64,000 bases of DNA from Bacilli bacterium (GCA_050952805.1 JBMNLM010000001.1:285741-349740); one strand, 5' to 3'; shown: positions 52,401 through 62,955, counted from the stretch's first letter. The notes: a model not told the origin generated them from the letters alone. Numbers and translations: made by a program.

Positions 52401-53327
52401 TTATTCTCCGCTTGCCCAATTGATAAAATCATCAGAACTTAAATTTTCAGCTGTCGTTAAATTAGAATCATACTCTATGTTAAAGATACCTTCATCATTT
52501 TTTTCAGAAATTCTGGGGATATTTAATGCATCAAAAACTTTTATGTTGTCAATAATATAATTCTCATTGTATGCTGTTAATTTCAATTCATCTATACTGA
52601 TGCTTTTTTTAATTTTTTCGATATATATTTGAATAAGAAAGTTATTACTAAAAGCAGTTTTACATCTCTCAATTAAATCATATAATGTTAACCCTCTATC
52701 ATCAGCAAGCAATAAAATTGAAACAATTTTTATATCATATCTTAATGTATTTAGTTGCTCATTTTTAAAATGATGTATTCTTTCTTCTTTCGTTGTGCTC
52801 TTAACATCTATTTTTCGTTTACTATCAATAGAAAAATCAAATTTCATTTTACTTTTAGATTGATAATAGTTAGAAAGGTCGAAATCGTAATATTCCTTAA
52901 AATAATAAATTGTATAAAGTTCTGCATACAATCCTTGTACTTGAATGCTACCGCTTTTCGCATCATAACTAAATAAATCTTTCAAATACATAAAAAATTG
53001 TAAAAACGAGTATTTTTCCTTGTTTAAGTTATAAACCTCAGTTAAGTTTATGAAAATATCCAAATATTCTGTCTTTTTTAATATGATAATATTCAATCTT
53101 TCAATACTTGTATTATTATTTTCAACAACTTCACAGTAAGCGTTTAAGTAAAGTGTAAGAGATTTGGTGGACTCAATAATCGCGCGCGGATTGTCCACAG
53201 CCTTGTCACCATAAACGACAAAACCTTCAGAATTTCTTCCCCAGTATTCGTCATTTATCTTTCGAAAAACCATACCACTTTCTGGTATGTCAAGAACATC
53301 TAAAACTTCTTTTATTCTATTATTCAT
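52401..53327 (-). CDS. PD-(D/E)XK motif protein (DUF4420/MzaD-like)
   Basis: 'QGLYAEL', 'KFDF...IDVKSTT', 'H.F..EQL'; directly downstream of the Z1 gene with 8-nt overlap. Confidence 0.75.
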   Translation of the reverse strand: MNNRIKEVLDVLDIPESGMVFRKINDEYWGRNSEGFVVYGDKAVDNPRAIIESTKSLTLYLNAYCEVVENNNTSIERLNIIILKKTEYLDIFINLTEVYNLNKEKYSFLQFFMYLKDLFSYDAKSGSIQVQGLYAELYTIYYFKEYYDFDLSNYYQSKSKMKFDFSIDSKRKIDVKSTTKEERIHHFKNEQLNTLRYDIKIVSILLLADDRGLTLYDLIERCKTAFSNNFLIQIYIEKIKKSISIDELKLTAYNENYIIDNIKVFDALNIPRISEKNDEGIFNIEYDSNLTTAENLSSDDFINWASGE

Positions 53328-55530
53328 CTCTTCTACTCCGCGTTACTATATTTAGTGCAAACTCTTCTGGAATATACATGCATATTGCTGGGGAATAATA
53401 ATCGTTATCTGCTAAATTTCGCGCTTTTACATAGTGAATTTGAATTTGAATTTTATTTGGCCTTTCATCACATGTACTTCTATCTCCGTAATAGTCAAAT
53501 TCATTATTTTCATTTTGTTTTATATCGCGGCCTCTAAATAGTTGTTGTATTTTACCATCATCATTTAATTTTCTAACTTCATAATCGTCAATTCGAAGCC
53601 ACATTAAATCAATGGTGTCAACGATATTATTAACCAAAAATATATTAAATATCTTTTCTAAAACTTCATTATTTAGTGTGTCTCTTGGATCTAAATATAA
53701 ATTACTTAAAACGTTGTCCATAAAATCATCAATTGGATAATCCTTAACTAAATAGTGCTTGTTAATACCTTTATAATCCCTAATTTCGCCCTCTGTCTCA
53801 TTCCGTAAGTTTTCAAGTAAATTAAAGTTATTTATTGCATTATCACCTTTAACGTAATATTGTTGACTTTTCCATTCTGTATATGAAATATCTTCAGTCC
53901 TAGCTACACTAGGTCTAGTAAGTTTTAACTTATGAATAACGTCATATTGTAATTCAAAATATCTTGGTAACTCCTTGAAGGGTTTCCCGAGTTTTATATT
54001 TCTTTCTATACTAGCCCACATTTCTTCATCACTGTCATTAATGGCTGCAAAATCTTTTTTTATAGCACGGGTAGCCCAAACACGACAAATATCAATATAA
54101 TCACTCTTATATCCAAACCATCGAGCTCTTTGTTCTGTTGTATCAACATTAGAATAACCTTTTGCCCTTCTAATAATATAAGTTATTGCTAAACCCTTTA
54201 TTGTTAACCCGCGTTCCAAAATATTACCACCCAAATATATTCTCGTATTAAAGTTTTCAGCATCAGAACGAGAGTCGGCGGAATCAGAATTAAAAATTAT
54301 AACATCTGATGATTTCAAGATACAATTTAGGATTTCTTTTTCATAATACGAAAATTCACGAAGTTTAACATTTTCGTCTTTATAGCCATTATATGCACTT
54401 AATAATATCGGCTTTAGGTCTTTAACATAAGCCATTTCATCAGTGCCGCCTAGCGCGTACAACTTCCAAATCCTTAGAACATTATCAGCCTTTTCTTTTA
54501 CCTTATTATGATCGATTTTTTTCTGACTAGGATGTATTAACATCGAGTGAACACCATTATCACCTCTTGCCTTTCTTATTGCATTACTCACATAGAATCT
54601 AGCAAGTGCATCGTAAAACGATTCAGGAATTTCATTAATATCATCCAACAAGGAAACTTCCTCTTCTGGAATTTCCTTAACATAAGTATCTTCATCATCA
54701 CCATGAAACGTAGATAAACCACAATATCCTTCGCCAGGATAAATAAGTGCTCCAAAATCAGGCGATAGTACATCTGATGTTTTGATTAATATATTAGCTT
54801 GTGGAGTTGCAGTTATTGACAAGAAGCAGTGTCTGTTTATTTTACTTTTTATATCTGTTGCAACTTTGTAGGTTTTAGCAATAGCATTTTTCTTAGAATA
54901 AACTTTTGAATTTAGTGTTGCTTGATCGCCTTCATCATCAATAATAATCGTGGTTTCATTTGCAAGTACTGGATCATCAAAAAGATCAGAAACTCTACTC
55001 ATATGCTTTCCAGTATGTACTTGTGGCGATTTCAAAGTAACGATAATTACTTTAGTACCGTTACGAATCCAGTTTTTCACTTGTTCTGGTGTTATTTGGT
55101 TATAGTTCTTCTTTGAATGAAGTACAACTAAATTATCAACATTCGTATTAAATGCAGTCTTTATCCTATTAACATTTTGTGTTAATAATTCATTAGTATT
55201 GCCACCAATTACAACTGCAATATTATAGCCGTTGTCAAATGCAAGAGCTATTAGTGCAATAAAATTAGATGTCTTTCCACTTTGAACTTTTCCGATTAAT
55301 ATTCCGGTTTTCTTAAATTCTTGATTGTAGTTAGGATTGGGACAATAATTTAAAACGTTAATTGCGTTTGCAAAAATATTATCAACAATTTCTCTGTTCA
55401 TTGAAGGGTCACTAATACACATATTAGTTTTAACTTCATTTACAAAAAAACCATCTGTCTTAATATTTCCAAACGTATCATCATTATGGCGTTCTATTAC
55501 ATTAACGTAGATGTTATCTCTTTCTGTCAC
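53320..55530 (-). CDS. Z1-domain protein (SF2 helicase-like + Z1)
   Basis: GKVQSGKT, IIDDEGDQA, ITATPQAN, SMLIH, GGNILERGLTI.GL..TY, QRARWFGY. Confidence 0.88.
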   Translation of the reverse strand: MTERDNIYVNVIERHNDDTFGNIKTDGFFVNEVKTNMCISDPSMNREIVDNIFANAINVLNYCPNPNYNQEFKKTGILIGKVQSGKTSNFIALIALAFDNGYNIAVVIGGNTNELLTQNVNRIKTAFNTNVDNLVVLHSKKNYNQITPEQVKNWIRNGTKVIIVTLKSPQVHTGKHMSRVSDLFDDPVLANETTIIIDDEGDQATLNSKVYSKKNAIAKTYKVATDIKSKINRHCFLSITATPQANILIKTSDVLSPDFGALIYPGEGYCGLSTFHGDDEDTYVKEIPEEEVSLLDDINEIPESFYDALARFYVSNAIRKARGDNGVHSMLIHPSQKKIDHNKVKEKADNVLRIWKLYALGGTDEMAYVKDLKPILLSAYNGYKDENVKLREFSYYEKEILNCILKSSDVIIFNSDSADSRSDAENFNTRIYLGGNILERGLTIKGLAITYIIRRAKGYSNVDTTEQRARWFGYKSDYIDICRVWATRAIKKDFAAINDSDEEMWASIERNIKLGKPFKELPRYFELQYDVIHKLKLTRPSVARTEDISYTEWKSQQYYVKGDNAINNFNLLENLRNETEGEIRDYKGINKHYLVKDYPIDDFMDNVLSNLYLDPRDTLNNEVLEKIFNIFLVNNIVDTIDLMWLRIDDYEVRKLNDDGKIQQLFRGRDIKQNENNEFDYYGDRSTCDERPNKIQIQIHYVKARNLADNDYYSPAICMYIPEEFALNIVTRSRRDE

Positions 55531-57073
55531 TTGGAAACTCCTCTAATATTTGTCCCATTTTCATACGTATAGCAGAAGAGCCGGCATTAGCTGGTGTTTC
55601 TAACTCTGCTAAAATCAATGCAATACAAAATTTAATTAAAATTATCAAAAAATCTTTTTTCTGTATATAAGGTTCGAAAAAAGGAAATAAGGAATTTATG
55701 GTTAACCGATATTTTCCTTCTTCTTCGCTCAATACTGAACACTTAAACCAATTATTCATTTCGCTTGAATCATCAAGAACAACATTAAAACAGTATGATT
55801 TACCATTATGTATAAAATTAATATCGATTGGTTTATTATCTTCAATATCAACGCCAACGCCAACACTTTCTGAAAGATCAGGTTCCTCATACTCAGGAAA
55901 TACATCTTTTTCTTCTTGTACAAGGCTTTCAGTGCTCTCCGTATTTTCATCGGAAAGTTTTATATTTACATCTGTAAAACTTTCATTGGGCTTAAACGAT
56001 TTACTTAGACTATTTGCAATATCTGATGATGATACTTTTTCTCTTACTCGAATTTCATCAGCTTTCTTTCTAAGTTCCGCAGATAATTCCTTTAGTTTTT
56101 CAATAAATTTTGATTCTAAATCATCATTACTCCAATCAAATGCATCTTTTGCCTGTGTAACTGGCCAGTTATCCATATGTAATTCACCAAATATTCTTTG
56201 ATAACAATAGGAGTTTGATGCGCCAAAAATTTCATAAGGTCGGTAATTTTTATTTGGCCCACCAACAATTACACGACCTCTTCTTACCAGTGTAAGACCA
56301 GCATTTGTAGGGCTTCCTGGAATTCTAATACCAATAAAGCCCTTTACTCTTAATTCTGTACCTTCGTGCGGGATTATAAAATCAACTTCTTTTTTCCATT
56401 CTTTATTATCTTCATCAACGTAAGGTTGAACTTCTTCAAACATTAATTGAATTCCATTGTAGAAGATTTTTATATCTCCTGATCTTAGGTCTACTCGATA
56501 AATACTTGATAGTAACTCTTTTACTTTTCTTTCAATTCTCTTACCTTTGATCTTACGATTTAAGTTTTCAATTGTAATGATTGTGTAGTGCTCTTTTCGA
56601 TTAGCATGTTCCTCTGTTACATCAATTTCTTCATTTTTGTACTTAACTAACATCTCAACATCAACAACAGCTTTATATTTAACGTTACTATTCAACTCCG
56701 TAGACTCAACAGTCCATTTATTCCCAAACCAGCAAGCAGCAGTTTTAAGACCCATTCCAAATTCATTTCGTCCAGATGTATCTAATGGAGGTCTATCTAA
56801 AATAATTGCACGTTTAAAATCAGAATAATTCATTCCATATGCATTATCAATAATAACAATTCGATCACCATTTACTGAATCTTCATAGTAGTTTATTTGA
56901 ATTTCAAGCCCATTCCAATATTTAGTTTCCTCGAGCGCTTCTTTATGATCGTAATAGCTTTGAGTTGAATTATCAACAAACTCTGCTAATGCTGTCCATG
57001 GCTCATAACTAACTCTTTTATACGTACCATAAACACCAGTATCTGGTCTTATATTTAATTTTCTTACGCTCAT
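55514..57073 (-). CDS. MORC/MutL-like GHKL ATPase (HATPase_c_3)
   Basis: ALAEFVDNS, IIDNAYGM, FGMGLKTA; ATGA overlap with the methylase stop. Confidence 0.88.
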   Translation of the reverse strand: MSVRKLNIRPDTGVYGTYKRVSYEPWTALAEFVDNSTQSYYDHKEALEETKYWNGLEIQINYYEDSVNGDRIVIIDNAYGMNYSDFKRAIILDRPPLDTSGRNEFGMGLKTAACWFGNKWTVESTELNSNVKYKAVVDVEMLVKYKNEEIDVTEEHANRKEHYTIITIENLNRKIKGKRIERKVKELLSSIYRVDLRSGDIKIFYNGIQLMFEEVQPYVDEDNKEWKKEVDFIIPHEGTELRVKGFIGIRIPGSPTNAGLTLVRRGRVIVGGPNKNYRPYEIFGASNSYCYQRIFGELHMDNWPVTQAKDAFDWSNDDLESKFIEKLKELSAELRKKADEIRVREKVSSSDIANSLSKSFKPNESFTDVNIKLSDENTESTESLVQEEKDVFPEYEEPDLSESVGVGVDIEDNKPIDINFIHNGKSYCFNVVLDDSSEMNNWFKCSVLSEEEGKYRLTINSLFPFFEPYIQKKDFLIILIKFCIALILAELETPANAGSSAIRMKMGQILEEFPSDRKR

Positions 57074-58410
57074 AGATTCCTCCAATCTTCAACGGCAAAA
57101 CTAATAAGTTTTTCAAAAACTTTCTCGACAATTTTTACATTCACAGCGTTTCCAAGGAATTTGTACGTCGCTTGATCGCTTGGCAATTTATAATTTTTAT
57201 CAAAATTTTGTAAATTAGCAGCTTCCCTTGGAGATATTTTTCTTAAAATTTTATTATAATTATCATAAATAATCGGTGTGTTGTTTATTGCAACTAATGT
57301 TGGAAAATAATTATTTGGTTTTACTCTAATACCTGATTGTCTAAATTGAATAATTGTATCTTTATAATCGAAAATATCCTCCGAATTACAATTCCATTCA
57401 AATTTCTTATACACTTTTGGGTTATTTAACATATCATGTTTTACAATCCACTTATCTATTTGTTTTTTATGTTTTAGATAAAAATCGCGATTTTTAGTGA
57501 TAAACCTAATCTTCCATTCAGGCATTTTTCCAATTTGTGATTTAGTTTTTACTTGTTTTCCTTCTTCATTAATCAAAATATGATGAAATTTTTTGCTCAT
57601 AAATTCAGAATCAGACATGTTATAACCAAAAAAATCTAACCAAATTGGAACCCCAACAGTTTCAAAGTTGGTAATTTTTTTAAATTCAAGCCACGCATCT
57701 AAAATTTCAATTTCCTTCTTGGATAATAAGCAGTGGCTTGGAAATTCTTTTTCTAGAATTTTATTGGCATCTCCTAGAGCACAACCTTCTCTATTTTTAG
57801 GCAAATCATTAAAATCTCCTAAATCATCCATATGTATATAACTATTTGTAAGTTTTAGAGGATTGCTTATATCTTTTCTAATCCCTAGAATATAAACTCT
57901 TTCACGAAATTGAGGAATATTGAATTGAGTAGGCGACAAAATCAATGGTTCTTCTGTTATATAAAAATTAAGTTTTTTTAATTCAGATGTAATTATGTCC
58001 CAATTCTCAGTTTTGTCAGCAAGATTCTTAACGTTTTCTAAAATAACCAGTTTACATTCAGGGTGAGCTTTTAATATTTCAATGACTCGATAAAATAAAT
58101 TCCCATCACTTTTATCGTTAAATCCTTGCTGTTTGCCCGCTTTACTAAAAGGTTGACAAGGAAATCCACCACAAAGAACATCAAAATTTGGTAATTTTTC
58201 CCATTCCTTATTAATATCTCCAAATATGGGGGTGTTCGGAAAATTATCTTTATAAATCTCAATAACCTGTTTATTAATATCTGATGCACCAACACATACA
58301 CCACCAAATTTAACTAAGGCCTGATGAAACCCTCCCAGGCCCGCAAATAGGTCTACAAACGTAAATTTCCTTTCATTATTATTCATAAACATTGCAATTC
58401 TTTCATACAA
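57070..58410 (-). CDS. DNA (cytosine-5)-methyltransferase
   Basis: DLFAGLGG (motif I), GFPCQPFS (IV), ENV (VI), PQ.RERVY (VIII), GNAV (X). Confidence 0.96.
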   Translation of the reverse strand: MYERIAMFMNNNERKFTFVDLFAGLGGFHQALVKFGGVCVGASDINKQVIEIYKDNFPNTPIFGDINKEWEKLPNFDVLCGGFPCQPFSKAGKQQGFNDKSDGNLFYRVIEILKAHPECKLVILENVKNLADKTENWDIITSELKKLNFYITEEPLILSPTQFNIPQFRERVYILGIRKDISNPLKLTNSYIHMDDLGDFNDLPKNREGCALGDANKILEKEFPSHCLLSKKEIEILDAWLEFKKITNFETVGVPIWLDFFGYNMSDSEFMSKKFHHILINEEGKQVKTKSQIGKMPEWKIRFITKNRDFYLKHKKQIDKWIVKHDMLNNPKVYKKFEWNCNSEDIFDYKDTIIQFRQSGIRVKPNNYFPTLVAINNTPIIYDNYNKILRKISPREAANLQNFDKNYKLPSDQATYKFLGNAVNVKIVEKVFEKLISFAVEDWRNL

Positions 58411-58683
58411 ATAAAATTCAAAATTTTATATACCGATCTCAGTCAAAGATATATCAAAATAAACTTATTTTGAAACCTAATTAATTTTACCATATATTTG
58501 ATCTATACACCATTTATGCAAAGTATTTACTTTTTGGACTTTTAAATTCAAAATTTAATAGCAAAAACATACTTGATATTTATTACTTAAAAATGAGTTT
58601 TAATAACATGTTGTTAAAAATAAAAAAAGACTGTATTTTTAGACCTATTAAGGAAATGTAAGATAAATTTAAAAATATACAAA

Positions 58684-59454
58684 CTAATCTTTAAATTTCT
58701 TTTGCATATATTCCTTATGCTCTCTTAGTTCTTCTTCACTAGCGACATACGGACTAAGTTTTGTAAAAAGAAAATGAAGTGGACCTTCAAAATCTTCATC
58801 ATTTTCTAAGGTAGAGTAATATTCTTCAAATTCACCTATAGTAAAGACAAAATCTGAATCAATATTAGACCCTTCCTCTAAAGAGGGAAAAATAACAACA
58901 TTATCGACAAAAAACTTCTTATCTAGAAAGTCTTCAAGTATTTCGCAATGTTTTTCGTTTTGGGAAACTGGATTTCTTTGCTTCCGATTTTCCATATAGT
59001 AATCGCGGTACTCTTGTAACCAAAATTCACTTTCATCATCACCGCTTATTCTTCCAATCCAATTTTTAATTTCAACACAAAATATACCTTTATGCGTAAT
59101 TAAAATACAATCTAATTCTGTTTTACGTCCGTTATAAAGTGGCAAAAGGACACCTTCTAATATATATTCATCGTTTTCCAATAATTCCTTTAGGCGTGAA
59201 ACGACATATCTCTCTCCTTCTATACCTGCTTGATCATTAGGAGGCGTAAAAAAGGGAGCATGTCTTCTACTAACACGATGTTTTGGTAGACTAGCCGAAT
59301 CATCATATTTTATATTGTCTTTTTGAGATTCATTTTTATCTTTTTTTGAAGGAATACTTGTTTTTTTACTAATAAGATAAGCAATAATAAAAACGAGTAT
59401 GACTAATAAAACTACAATAGGAGCAATAATCCACATATAAATATAATAACTCAC
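58684..59454 (-). CDS. Membrane-anchored NERD-domain nuclease
   Basis: GTG start matching its paralog; TM helix; 'GIEGE...TELDCILITHKGIFCVEIKNW...NPVSQN..H' NERD motif. Confidence 0.85.
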   Translation of the reverse strand: MSYYIYMWIIAPIVVLLVILVFIIAYLISKKTSIPSKKDKNESQKDNIKYDDSASLPKHRVSRRHAPFFTPPNDQAGIEGERYVVSRLKELLENDEYILEGVLLPLYNGRKTELDCILITHKGIFCVEIKNWIGRISGDDESEFWLQEYRDYYMENRKQRNPVSQNEKHCEILEDFLDKKFFVDNVVIFPSLEEGSNIDSDFVFTIGEFEEYYSTLENDEDFEGPLHFLFTKLSPYVASEEELREHKEYMQKKFKD

Positions 59455-59540
59455 GTAATTAATGAATACAAAAAAGGTGTTAAAGAGCCGAAAGAAAAAT
59501 CCCCCTAAACGCAAGATTTAGAGGGACATTTCACGCATTT

Positions 59541-59617
59541 TGGGGCGACTGATGGGACTTGAACCCACGAGTGTCTGGTTCACAGCCAGATGTGTTAACC
59601 GCTTCACCACAGCCGCC
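59541..59617 (-). tRNA. tRNA-His(GTG)
   Basis: G-1, GCGGCTG/CAGTCGC acceptor, TCTGG-CT GTG AA-CCAGA, CCA. Confidence 0.97.
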
Positions 59618-59627
59618 AGATAGAGAT

Positions 59628-59656
59628 ATTTTAAAGTTTATATAATAATTTGTCAA
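59628..59656 (-). promoter_or_regulatory. Sigma-A promoter of tRNA-His
   Basis: TTGACA-17 nt-TAAAAT on the minus strand. Confidence 0.8.
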
Positions 59657-59760
59657 AATGTTTATTTTTATTGTTTAAATAGAGAGAAATGAAGACATCG
59701 AAAAATGTTCAATGTGATGAAAATTGTTTTTCATATATGACTTTATAGTTATATTTTTAT

Positions 59761-62094
59761 CTAAGAATAAACAATCTCTACGGTTCCTATGCTTTCGGTA
59801 AAAAGTTTTTCCCCTGCTTCGTTAGCGAAAAAGAATTCCATTGTATAACTAAAACCATTTGTTTCTTCTTTAAATGTTAACGACCACCAAAATAGTATTT
59901 CATTATCTGGCTCGTTATATGCTTGGCCATCTAATTGAAATTGAAAATCAAGACCAGCAACAGGTGATACAAATTCGTATTGTTCCGTTTCGGGATTATA
60001 GAAATCAGCCATATCGTCAGAATTATCTAAATATTCGCGAACATTTAGGGAATATTCAATTGGGTCATAAGAATAAAAAACAGAAAAATAGAACATATAT
60101 TTAGTTTCATCATTATATTCATATGTAACATCGTCAAAAAGGACATTAACCTTGCCTTCTTCTAGTGTATTTGCAACAAAACTCTTTGTTTCATTAATTG
60201 AAGTCCAATCTGGATGATTAGATAAATCAATGAATTGTGTTGAATTTGCATAAATTGTCCACCCTTCAGGGAAAGTTAAAGGAGGTTCTACGTAAGCGCT
60301 AAATATAGCCCCATCTAAATCTAAAGTATCCGTTTCAAGATTATGAGTAAGAATAATATCACCACTAGACCCGCCATGATATTTAAAAGTTAAAATGTTG
60401 TTTTCATCATCAATATCTATAATTTCAAAATAGCGACCCCATACGTAAGTAGAATCTTCGTTTTCGTCATTGTGAAGTTCGACATAAATTTCCACTTTAT
60501 TAGGTTCGGCATTTAATTTGAGGAAATAATTATTTTCACCCACATACTTTTTCCAATCAATCTCATAATTTTCCGGGGTTCTTAAAACATCTTCCCCAGG
60601 TTCAATATTGATATCATCAAAATAGCGAATTTCTTTATAAACGTTATTGCCTAAAAGATCTTCTTTATAAGAAAGTAGGATTGAATAATATCCCCATGGT
60701 AGACTTGATAAATCAATAGTATCAACAGCATTTGCATTAATATCAAATTTTTCATTAGTTCTATAATTGTAAAAAGTTAGTAAGTATTCACTTACTTCAC
60801 AATTTGAATTAATATTTACGCTAAATTCCTTTTCTTCTTCATTAAAACTACCCGAGAATGTAAATTTGAGTGTTTCGAAAACAAAATATGTTTCATCTGA
60901 GATAATTGTAAAATCACCCCAAACGATAGGAACTACTTTGATTTTTAAAGTAATTTCAGTTTCAGTTACATCATCATAGCTTATAATGTAGTCCCTGAAA
61001 TAATCATAATAATATAAATCAAACACTTGATTTGAATAATAGAATTCTTCACTACAGATATACAAATCTTGAGAATTATAAACTTCGTAAATTTCAACAC
61101 GCGTTGAAATACCTTCTGCGCCTATTACATCATAATCGACTTGAATATTCATTCTTGTTTGTGTAACAGAATTAATTTTTGTTTTGATAGTGCCTTCTTC
61201 AATTGTTTCTTCTCTTGTTATTACTACATCAGTTTTTATATATTCTGAATCTGAGTAATTAATATCATCACCAAGACTTTTGATATAAAGGTCATAAAGT
61301 CCTAGTTCAAGACTGTTTATTAGGTCACTAATATTACTAGGACCGGTAAGTTCCTCTTCTATAAATAAAGATGCATCACTTTGACTAACGATTTTGATTT
61401 TATAACCTGAAGAATTTTCTATAAGTGTAAAGGAAAGGTAGTTTTCATCATCTAAACTAACATTACTAGGCGCTAGTAATTGCTCCGTTTCCCCTGTACC
61501 AGGGTAAGGCGTAGCTTCACATCCTCCATCTTCACTTCTAAATTGGATGATCATTTTTTGAAATGAAAGTTCAACGTTTTTTGTTAAAAGAGATAATTTA
61601 AAAAACGAAGGGTGGTAAGAAGAAAAAATAATATCATGTGAAGGTGTACTACTAACGATTTTTTCTTCTGTAATTTGAGGGACACCTTCTTCCCAATAGT
61701 AATCATATTTAAGCGTTACTTGTTCGTCGTTAGCAATTGTTAAGTTAATTAATGATATTTTTTGGATTGAACCAATAATAAGATTCGTATTTGCAATATA
61801 GGCATCAAGCGTATCGCTACTTTGCATATAATAACGATTGTTTTCAAACCTTAATTGCTGAAACATAAAGTCACGCGTACTGCCTTCTTGTGTGTTTATC
61901 GTTTTTTGGCCACTTGTATAAGTTACTGAGTTAGTTAAACTATTGTCTTTATCAATAATAATTTTATGCATTTCATTTTCTCCTCTTATTAAAGAGAAAG
62001 AGTTAATATTACTAACTAAGGCTATAGTTGCAGCAAAAAGAGCGCTACTAATGAGCGCAAATGAAAATAATTTATTAATTCTTTTATTTTTCAT
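59761..62094 (-). CDS. Large secreted acidic protein of unknown function
   Basis: Signal peptide MKNKRINKLFSFALISS...; 'LLAPSNVSL' beta-sandwich-like segment. Confidence 0.65.
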   Translation of the reverse strand: MKNKRINKLFSFALISSALFAATIALVSNINSFSLIRGENEMHKIIIDKDNSLTNSVTYTSGQKTINTQEGSTRDFMFQQLRFENNRYYMQSSDTLDAYIANTNLIIGSIQKISLINLTIANDEQVTLKYDYYWEEGVPQITEEKIVSSTPSHDIIFSSYHPSFFKLSLLTKNVELSFQKMIIQFRSEDGGCEATPYPGTGETEQLLAPSNVSLDDENYLSFTLIENSSGYKIKIVSQSDASLFIEEELTGPSNISDLINSLELGLYDLYIKSLGDDINYSDSEYIKTDVVITREETIEEGTIKTKINSVTQTRMNIQVDYDVIGAEGISTRVEIYEVYNSQDLYICSEEFYYSNQVFDLYYYDYFRDYIISYDDVTETEITLKIKVVPIVWGDFTIISDETYFVFETLKFTFSGSFNEEEKEFSVNINSNCEVSEYLLTFYNYRTNEKFDINANAVDTIDLSSLPWGYYSILLSYKEDLLGNNVYKEIRYFDDINIEPGEDVLRTPENYEIDWKKYVGENNYFLKLNAEPNKVEIYVELHNDENEDSTYVWGRYFEIIDIDDENNILTFKYHGGSSGDIILTHNLETDTLDLDGAIFSAYVEPPLTFPEGWTIYANSTQFIDLSNHPDWTSINETKSFVANTLEEGKVNVLFDDVTYEYNDETKYMFYFSVFYSYDPIEYSLNVREYLDNSDDMADFYNPETEQYEFVSPVAGLDFQFQLDGQAYNEPDNEILFWWSLTFKEETNGFSYTMEFFFANEAGEKLFTESIGTVEIVYS

Positions 62095-62240
62095 GGCAGA
62101 ATCCTCTCGCACTAATTTAGTTTAAAATTATATTATCATATAACAATAAAAAGTTCCCCTTTTCATAGGAACATAGATATTAGTAGGTTATGCTAAGTAC
62201 TTTTACACTCATGTAGTAACTTGACTGTAAAATTATTTAT

Positions 62241-62780
62241 TTATTTTGTGTCAAATAAAATTGTTTTAGTTAATTGTAAAATTGGTAGTTCTCTTCGTTT
62301 TACAAGTATCGAGACACCAAAATCATCTTGCTCAGTCATGTATCTAATTGCTTCATCAATTGTTACGTAAACTATCTTATCAATTAAGCGACTTTCTCTC
62401 TCTTCGAGATGTTTTTCCTTCTCTTCTTCTATCTTAAAAAGATAGTAATGAGAATAGTTTTCTTGCTTAATTAAATTGTAGTAGTCTTTTACAATTCCTA
62501 GTTTAGTTACAATTTGCCCAGTAACACCAAGTTCTTCTTCCATTTCACGAACTAAGGCTTCTTCTAATGACTCGTTATCTTTTTTTCCACCACCTGGAAG
62601 TTCGTAATAGTTTCTTTTTCCAAAACCATCGGTCGCAAAAAGGTGAGTAAGAGCAATCTTACCTTCTTTATTTACGCACACAGCGCGCGCAGCGTGCCTT
62701 ACGTGCGTAATACTAGTAAAAGGATATTGATCATCATCTAGTTCTAAGTAAATTTGTTCAAATTCAGGTAGTTTTTGCAT
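62241..62780 (-). CDS. NUDIX hydrolase
   Basis: 'ELPGGGKKDNESLEEALVREMEEELG'. Confidence 0.88.
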   Translation of the reverse strand: MQKLPEFEQIYLELDDDQYPFTSITHVRHAARAVCVNKEGKIALTHLFATDGFGKRNYYELPGGGKKDNESLEEALVREMEEELGVTGQIVTKLGIVKDYYNLIKQENYSHYYLFKIEEEKEKHLEERESRLIDKIVYVTIDEAIRYMTEQDDFGVSILVKRRELPILQLTKTILFDTK

Positions 62781-62854
62781 AATAAACCTCGATTTTGCAT
62801 GGTTTTGATATTAAATAAAAGAAAAGTCGCTTCCAAGCGACTGATATATATTAG

Positions 62855-62946
62855 TGGCGGAAGCATAGAGATTCGAACTCTAGCGGGGCTTGCACCCCCT
62901 ATCGGTTTTCAAGACCGACCCCTTCAGCCAACTTGGGTATGCTTCC
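62855..62946 (-). tRNA. tRNA-Ser(TGA)
   Basis: Long variable arm; TCGGT-CT TGA AA-ACCGA; CCA. Confidence 0.96.
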
Positions 62947-62955
62947 TTCTTTCGT

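Noticed and set aside
58414-58556. 13-bp direct repeat AAATTCAAAATTT upstream of the methylase (possible operator)
   Set aside because: Very AT-rich, low-complexity context and only two copies, so it cannot be distinguished from chance.
59520-59617. attL/attR duplication of the tRNA-His 3' end bounding the defence island
   Set aside because: No copy of TGGGGCGACTGATGGG was found by eye near 47900-50400, only a 7-bp TCACGCA match near 50059. No integrase is present in the window.
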